64,000 nucleotides of DNA from Promethearchaeota archaeon (GTDB lineage: Archaea; Asgardarchaeota; Lokiarchaeia; Sigyniarchaeales; SOKP01), in NCBI GenBank assembly GCA_019057865.1, contig JAHLWP010000002.1, forward strand, positions 128,001 through 192,000, read 5' to 3'. Within the stretch, counting starts at the first letter, position 1. Each line of letters starts with the position of its first letter. Both the position numbers and the translations under genes were made by a program. A model generated the notes under the pieces. It worked only from the letters and a program-made list of their open reading frames with translations. It had not been told where the DNA came from and made no database searches. Shown in pieces: positions 59,434 to 64,000 of the stretch.

Positions 59434-59937
59434 CTATTCATCCATATCAAGAGCATCTTCTAATTCATCTACATCAATAAATTCTTCATCATCTAATTCA
59501 GATATTGGACTTCTAACCATCGATTCTAAAGCTTCAATTTCTTTTTGAGAAATACCAAGATTTAGAATTTTAAAGCCCCTCCTTTGACAATAATCAATAA
59601 GAGCTATTCTTTTTTTCGCTCCTAGTTTGCTTGAAATTTTAACAGCATGCTTTTTTTTATTTAGATTTTTAAGTTCATTTATTGTATTTATTCTTACCTC
59701 TTCATATCCTGATGGATGTAAACCTCTAACTTTTTTTGGACCTCTATAACCAATTGTTGGTGATTTAACACCTGATTTAGTCTTTTTACGCGTTTTTGAA
59801 TCTATTCCTCTCGCCTTTCTCCAAGATTCTTTTACTCTTTTATATCTCCAGGATTCTACTCGTCTAAAAGACGGTCTTTTCATACTAATTTTTTTCCGAA
59901 GTTCCATTAATCTTTTATTTTCTACCATAAATAACAC
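59434..59937 (-). CDS. rpl32e: 50S ribosomal protein L32e with acidic C-terminal tail
   Basis: WRKARGIDSK, GYRGPKKVRGLHPSG. Confidence 0.96.
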   Translation of the reverse strand: MLFMVENKRLMELRKKISMKRPSFRRVESWRYKRVKESWRKARGIDSKTRKKTKSGVKSPTIGYRGPKKVRGLHPSGYEEVRINTINELKNLNKKKHAVKISSKLGAKKRIALIDYCQRRGFKILNLGISQKEIEALESMVRSPISELDDEEFIDVDELEDALDMDE

Positions 59938-59938
59938 T

Positions 59939-60517
59939 TTATTTTATTTGCCATATGATTTCTTCTCCATGCATTTTTTTATAACAATAAACTCCATCTT
60001 GAAAAACGCGTGGATCTTTCTTTCGTATTCGACAAGCTCTTTTTATATTTGCTGCCACTTGACCTAAGCTTTCTTTATCTGGTCCAATAAGATATACATC
60101 ATCTCCATCAACTTCTACTTTAACATTATCAAAATAATTTGTAACTCTCGGAGCTCTTTCTCCAAGAAAATTTACAATATGCACCTCTTTTTTATCAGTT
60201 TTTACCTCTACTGTACAAGGAAAATGGGAATAAGCTACTTTACATACATATTTATAGTTGGTTTGTACTCCCATAATTAAATTATTAATAATGCTTACAA
60301 TCGTTTTAATTAATGCTAGCGTTTCACGTTTAGGAAAATTTGTTGAAAATATTACTTTATTATCCTTTATTGCAACTTTAATACCTCTAACATGTGAAAA
60401 ATCTTTTATAATATCTCCATTAGGTCCTCTTACTCTAATTTGGTGACCACCTTCTAATGTGACTGTTACTCCCTTGGGAATCTCCACTTCTTCTTTAAAG
60501 AATGCTATTTTAACCAT
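59939..60517 (-). CDS. rpl6: 50S ribosomal protein L6
   Basis: YSHFP, NFLGERAPR, KDPRVFQDGVY. Confidence 0.97.
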   Translation of the reverse strand: MVKIAFFKEEVEIPKGVTVTLEGGHQIRVRGPNGDIIKDFSHVRGIKVAIKDNKVIFSTNFPKRETLALIKTIVSIINNLIMGVQTNYKYVCKVAYSHFPCTVEVKTDKKEVHIVNFLGERAPRVTNYFDNVKVEVDGDDVYLIGPDKESLGQVAANIKRACRIRKKDPRVFQDGVYCYKKMHGEEIIWQIK

Positions 60518-60540
60518 TTTTTAATAACCTCTAAATTGAT

Positions 60541-60924
60541 TTAATAAATATAACATAAAGTATGGCCACCAATATTATTTTCTTCTGCCTCTTTCATTGT
60601 CATAATTCCTTGATTCGTTGTAAGAATGATTAATCCAAATCCGGGAGCAAGCAATAACTTTCTCTCTAATGCTTCATATTGAGAAGTTTTATAATTTAGA
60701 CGCATTAACCCAGCACAATGATTAATTTTTCCCAATAGTGCAATTTTAAATTTTCCTTGGCGTCCATCTTCATATCTCTCAAATTCTCCAATATACGCAT
60801 ATTTTTGAAATATTCTTAGAACTTGTTGTAAAATCTTAGAAGCAGGGCTAATAACAACTTCATTTTTCCGCGCTCTTTCCGCATTTTTTATCATATTCAT
60901 CGAATCCGCTAATGTATTTGCCAT
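60541..60924 (-). CDS. rps8: 30S ribosomal protein S8
   Basis: IKNAE, PASK, YIGEFE, ILTTNQGIMT. Confidence 0.96.
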   Translation of the reverse strand: MANTLADSMNMIKNAERARKNEVVISPASKILQQVLRIFQKYAYIGEFERYEDGRQGKFKIALLGKINHCAGLMRLNYKTSQYEALERKLLLAPGFGLIILTTNQGIMTMKEAEENNIGGHTLCYIY

Positions 60925-60939
60925 TATTTTACACCTCTT

Positions 60940-61089
60940 CTATTCATACCTTTTGAATCCAATTTCCCTCCCTATTTCAAAAAAACATCTCCGACAAATG
61001 TATAATCCATACCTTCGAATCACTCCTCTATGAGTATGACATCTTCTACACTCTCGTTGACCTTTACCATAACTTTTGCCTTGTGGAAT
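60940..61089 (-). CDS. rps14: 30S ribosomal protein S14 (zinc type; apparent ATT start)
   Basis: (M)PQGKSYGKGQRECRRCHTHRGVIRRYGLYICRRCFFEIGREIGFKRYE between L5 and S8; AGGTGA SD; not in the ORF track. Confidence 0.94.
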   Translation of the reverse strand: MPQGKSYGKGQRECRRCHTHRGVIRRYGLYICRRCFFEIGREIGFKRYE

Positions 61090-61108
61090 ATCTCTTCACC
61101 TTTATTTA

Positions 61109-61702
61109 TTATATATATTCAAGATCTAATACTTTAACGATGTTCACTCCAAAATTTTTTTCTAGAAAAAATTGAGCCTCCTCACGTGAAACATAATGAT
61201 ATTTTGGGACTTTAGCACGACTTTTCCTTCTATATTTTACACGAATTCCTGGTCTTATTATTCTACCGCAAACATCAAGACCCCAAATACCTAAAGTGCT
61301 TTCATATTCTATCCCGGGAATGGAGATATGTTCTTTTATTCCAAAACCAAAATTTCCATAATTATCAAAACTTTTCCTCAAAATTTTATTATTATTAACT
61401 ATTAATAATCTTTGTAATAATTTCTCTGCCTCTTTATCCCTAACTGTTATTTTTGTTCCTATTGGACGACCTTTTCTTAAATTAAATTCTTTTACATTTT
61501 TTTTAGATATAGTTTTGATTGCTTTTTTACCTGTAATTGATTCTAATATTGTTACTGCTCGTTCTAACTCCTCACCTCCAGCTCCAACTCCTATATTTAG
61601 AACTAGTTTTTCTAAATATGGTCGTTTCATAGGATTTTCCCACATTTTTTCATATTCTTTCAGTTGAGCTTTTTGTATGGTTTTTTTGGTTCTGGTTGAC
61701 AT
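61109..61702 (-). CDS. rpl5: 50S ribosomal protein L5
   Basis: NPM, KLVLNIGVG, GNFGFGIKEHI. Confidence 0.97.
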   Translation of the reverse strand: MSTRTKKTIQKAQLKEYEKMWENPMKRPYLEKLVLNIGVGAGGEELERAVTILESITGKKAIKTISKKNVKEFNLRKGRPIGTKITVRDKEAEKLLQRLLIVNNNKILRKSFDNYGNFGFGIKEHISIPGIEYESTLGIWGLDVCGRIIRPGIRVKYRRKSRAKVPKYHYVSREEAQFFLEKNFGVNIVKVLDLEYI

Positions 61703-61723
61703 TTAAAATCTCCCATTTTTATG

Positions 61724-62482
61724 TTAATTTGTTATATTTGGTAAATTAATTTCGAGTTGATCTTCACCAATAATAAATGTATAGTCATATAACGTCTCTG
61801 TAATTTGTGAATTTTGCTGGCTGATTGAAACCGTACTTGCTTTAGGACCAAATCTTTTAGTAATATTTAAGATTTTTCCAATTTGTCCGATATTTTTTCC
61901 GGACATAATAATTGCTAAATTATTCTCTTTAAATTTTAAAACTTTAATAATTTCTTGCTCGGGGATTGAAATTTTTAAGACATCCATTCTTTTGTAGTTA
62001 TCCTCTTTAGGATTTTTTGGATCATTAACCTTTATTAAAATGTTTCTTCCATCATGAAGATTTAATTGAATATGTCCACCTTTAATAGTTCTTTTTTGGA
62101 TTATTCTACACAATTTATATTGACTTTCTTCTTCGGTAATTTCATGTAAAATTAAATCATGATGAGAATCTGGTAATATTCGAAAATATTTATTCATTTT
62201 TTCGATAGAAAGTACATCCATTAATCCAACCGGAAACGAATTATCTTTACAAACTTTACCATCTACTTTAAAATATCCTAATCCAATTATTTTTTTCGCT
62301 TCTCTATAATTATCTACAATTTTAAGAAGATCTCTTACTATATGGAGAAGTGGCAAACAAAATTTACTAGGATGAGTTCCTGGAGATGGCTTTACAAAAA
62401 ATTTCCCATGCTTTCTTTTAATCTGTAAGAATGCTGGAGTATTTAATCTCTTTAATGTCTTCGTTTCTCCATGACGAGTCAT
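61724..62482 (-). CDS. rps4e: 30S ribosomal protein S4e
   Basis: LKRL, PSPGTH, PVGLMDV, QLNLHDGRN. Confidence 0.97.
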   Translation of the reverse strand: MTRHGETKTLKRLNTPAFLQIKRKHGKFFVKPSPGTHPSKFCLPLLHIVRDLLKIVDNYREAKKIIGLGYFKVDGKVCKDNSFPVGLMDVLSIEKMNKYFRILPDSHHDLILHEITEEESQYKLCRIIQKRTIKGGHIQLNLHDGRNILIKVNDPKNPKEDNYKRMDVLKISIPEQEIIKVLKFKENNLAIIMSGKNIGQIGKILNITKRFGPKASTVSISQQNSQITETLYDYTFIIGEDQLEINLPNITN

Positions 62483-62922
62483 AATTTATCTTCCACCTCT
62501 TTTTCTTTCTTTGGACCAGTTAACTCTTCTTCCCAAAATCCATATAATGCTTTTCTCTCAATCATCTTAGCACGCCAAGGATCCATTTTCTTTTCTTTTG
62601 TAAATTTTGTAATAACTAAATTCGATATGTGTATTGGAGGATTGAATGTCGTCCCATCTGTTTTTTCGAACTGGGCTTCTTTAATTTTTACTCGCTGATC
62701 TTTTGTGATCTCAAGCACAGAGCCTTCAAAATCTTTAAACTCCCCCCGACATACTCTCACTTGGTCATCCACTCTAAGAGGAAGTCGCTTTATGCCATAT
62801 TCATCACGTAAAAAATCGGCAACTCGTGTGCTAAGTAATTTTGATCTTTGATGATTTTTGTAATTGTATAAAGCTTTTCTTTGCTTACTTGGTTTTTTTG
62901 ATTCAATTTTCACTTTTACCAC
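62479..62922 (-). CDS. rpl24: 50S ribosomal protein L24
   Basis: SKKPSKQRK, DQVRVCRGEFK, IHISNLVITK. Confidence 0.95.
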   Translation of the reverse strand: MVKVKIESKKPSKQRKALYNYKNHQRSKLLSTRVADFLRDEYGIKRLPLRVDDQVRVCRGEFKDFEGSVLEITKDQRVKIKEAQFEKTDGTTFNPPIHISNLVITKFTKEKKMDPWRAKMIERKALYGFWEEELTGPKKEKEVEDKL

Positions 62923-62935
62923 TCTAATACTGATA

Positions 62936-63361
62936 TTAAATAATTAATGATGATATTGATGCTAATCTTGGAAAGATTTCAGCAGCTTCTCTTGCAATTG
63001 GTCCTCTAATCTCTGTACCTCTTGGATCGCCTTCCTTAGATATTAAAACACCTGCATTATCTTCAAAACACAATCGTGTTCCATCTAAGCGCCTATAAAT
63101 CATTCTTTGTCGTACGATAACAGCTTTTAAAATATTTCCGCGCATTTCAGGTTTTCCTTTCTTAATTGTAACCGTACATACACTCCCAACGGTTGCTTTA
63201 GGTAATCTTCTTAATCTTGTTTTACTATGGTCAACATTAATAATTTGAGCAATCTTTGCTCCAGAATTATCCGTAATGAGAATTCTTGAGCCATTGCACA
63301 ACCCATAACTCGTTCTTGGCTTAATGACTCTTTTATGACCTAATTTTCTTCTTGTTCCCAT
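62936..63361 (-). CDS. rpl14: 50S ribosomal protein L14
   Basis: DNSGAK, KKGKPEMR, FEDNAGV, GPIAREAAE. Confidence 0.97.
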   Translation of the reverse strand: MGTRRKLGHKRVIKPRTSYGLCNGSRILITDNSGAKIAQIINVDHSKTRLRRLPKATVGSVCTVTIKKGKPEMRGNILKAVIVRQRMIYRRLDGTRLCFEDNAGVLISKEGDPRGTEIRGPIAREAAEIFPRLASISSLII

Positions 63362-63712
63362 TTACATCGCCGTACTTGAAAGTTTTTCTAATACAATAAA
63401 TGCTTTGGTTTTTGATATTTTACGAGACTCACCTACTCTTACCATATCGCCAATTTGAACCTCGTTATTTAAACATTCTGGTAAATGACATGCAAGTCGT
63501 GAATTACGACGTTCATAACGTTGATATTTTCTTACAAATTGAAGATAATCTTGTCTTATAATTACGGTATTTCTTGATCTTTTACTTACTATAACTCCTT
63601 TGGTAATTTTTCCTCTTATACGAGTAGTACCATGAAATGGACAATATTTATCATTGCATTCGCTTACTTTGGGAGGATTTACTCCAGGAATACCAATATT
63701 TCGTGCACTCAT
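63362..63712 (-). CDS. rps17: 30S ribosomal protein S17
   Basis: CNDKYCPFHG, KYQRYERR, GESRKISKTK. Confidence 0.97.
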   Translation of the reverse strand: MSARNIGIPGVNPPKVSECNDKYCPFHGTTRIRGKITKGVIVSKRSRNTVIIRQDYLQFVRKYQRYERRNSRLACHLPECLNNEVQIGDMVRVGESRKISKTKAFIVLEKLSSTAM

Positions 63713-63713
63713 T

Positions 63714-64000
63714 TTATTTCTTCAACCATTTTTTCTTTTTTAAACTTCTTAATCTATTTACCGGAATTCCAACAATCTTAGATCCGTTCACTTCCAAAAT
63801 TCCTTCTACTATTTTAAACTTAAATATATGATCTTTTTTTATATATTTTCTAATCACATTATTTTTTTGTGTTATTAACATATTTCTTGTTTCATCAATT
63901 ACAACACCAACATCCGAGAAATCTGCATTATTTGGTTTTGATTTGGATTTTATATATACATATAGACCAATTAAATCATGATATATTAGATATTTTGGAT
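63714..64000 (-). CDS. rnp1: Ribonuclease P protein component 1 (Rpp29), 5' end outside window
   Basis: PKYLIYHDLIGL...GVVIDETRNML...VNGSKIVGIPVNRL, upstream of S17. Confidence 0.9.
   Translation of the reverse strand, partial: PKYLIYHDLIGLYVYIKSKSKPNNADFSDVGVVIDETRNMLITQKNNVIRKYIKKDHIFKFKIVEGILEVNGSKIVGIPVNRLRSLKKKKWLKK

Noticed and set aside
1189-63831. Numerous 60-130 aa ORFs antisense to confident genes
   Set aside because: They are shadows of well-supported genes on the opposite strand and have no motifs of their own.

Overview
AT-rich (about 28-30% GC by eye) archaeal chromosome segment, most likely Lokiarchaeia (Asgard archaea). The assignment rests on archaeal-type ribosomal operons, Vps28, gelsolin-domain, roadblock and Yip1 genes, an IPGY-TM-KK C-terminal sorting signal and an archaeal/eukaryotic-type selenocysteine system. 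Layout: (1) about 5.7-16.8 kb is an accessory island with a large secreted lipase/LamG protein, a GNAT-DUF998 protein, a higher-GC DUF285 surface protein, and a junction joining a truncated ABC-type ATPase to the C-terminal half of a PCNA gene. (2) tmk is followed by four tandem LITAF-like zinc/membrane genes. (3) A shikimate/aromatic cluster with bacterial-type aroK and adk, GH57, a gelsolin-SAP protein, ThiW and two FAH genes. (4) L11-L1-L10-L12, secY and DUF106, then tRNA-Ser, L14e, cmk and L34e on the opposite strand. (5) Vps28, Yip1, rtcA, Nudix-NadM, DUF62 and coiled-coil genes. (6) tRNA-Ile(UAU) with two introns, an orphan tRNA 3' half, tRNA-Sec with two introns upstream of SepSecS, and SelB. 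(7) A possible cobalamin-uptake pair and the spc-type ribosomal operon. Several real genes are missing from the ORF track, including L34e and S14, which both appear to start at ATT. All calls come from reading the sequence; no searches were run.
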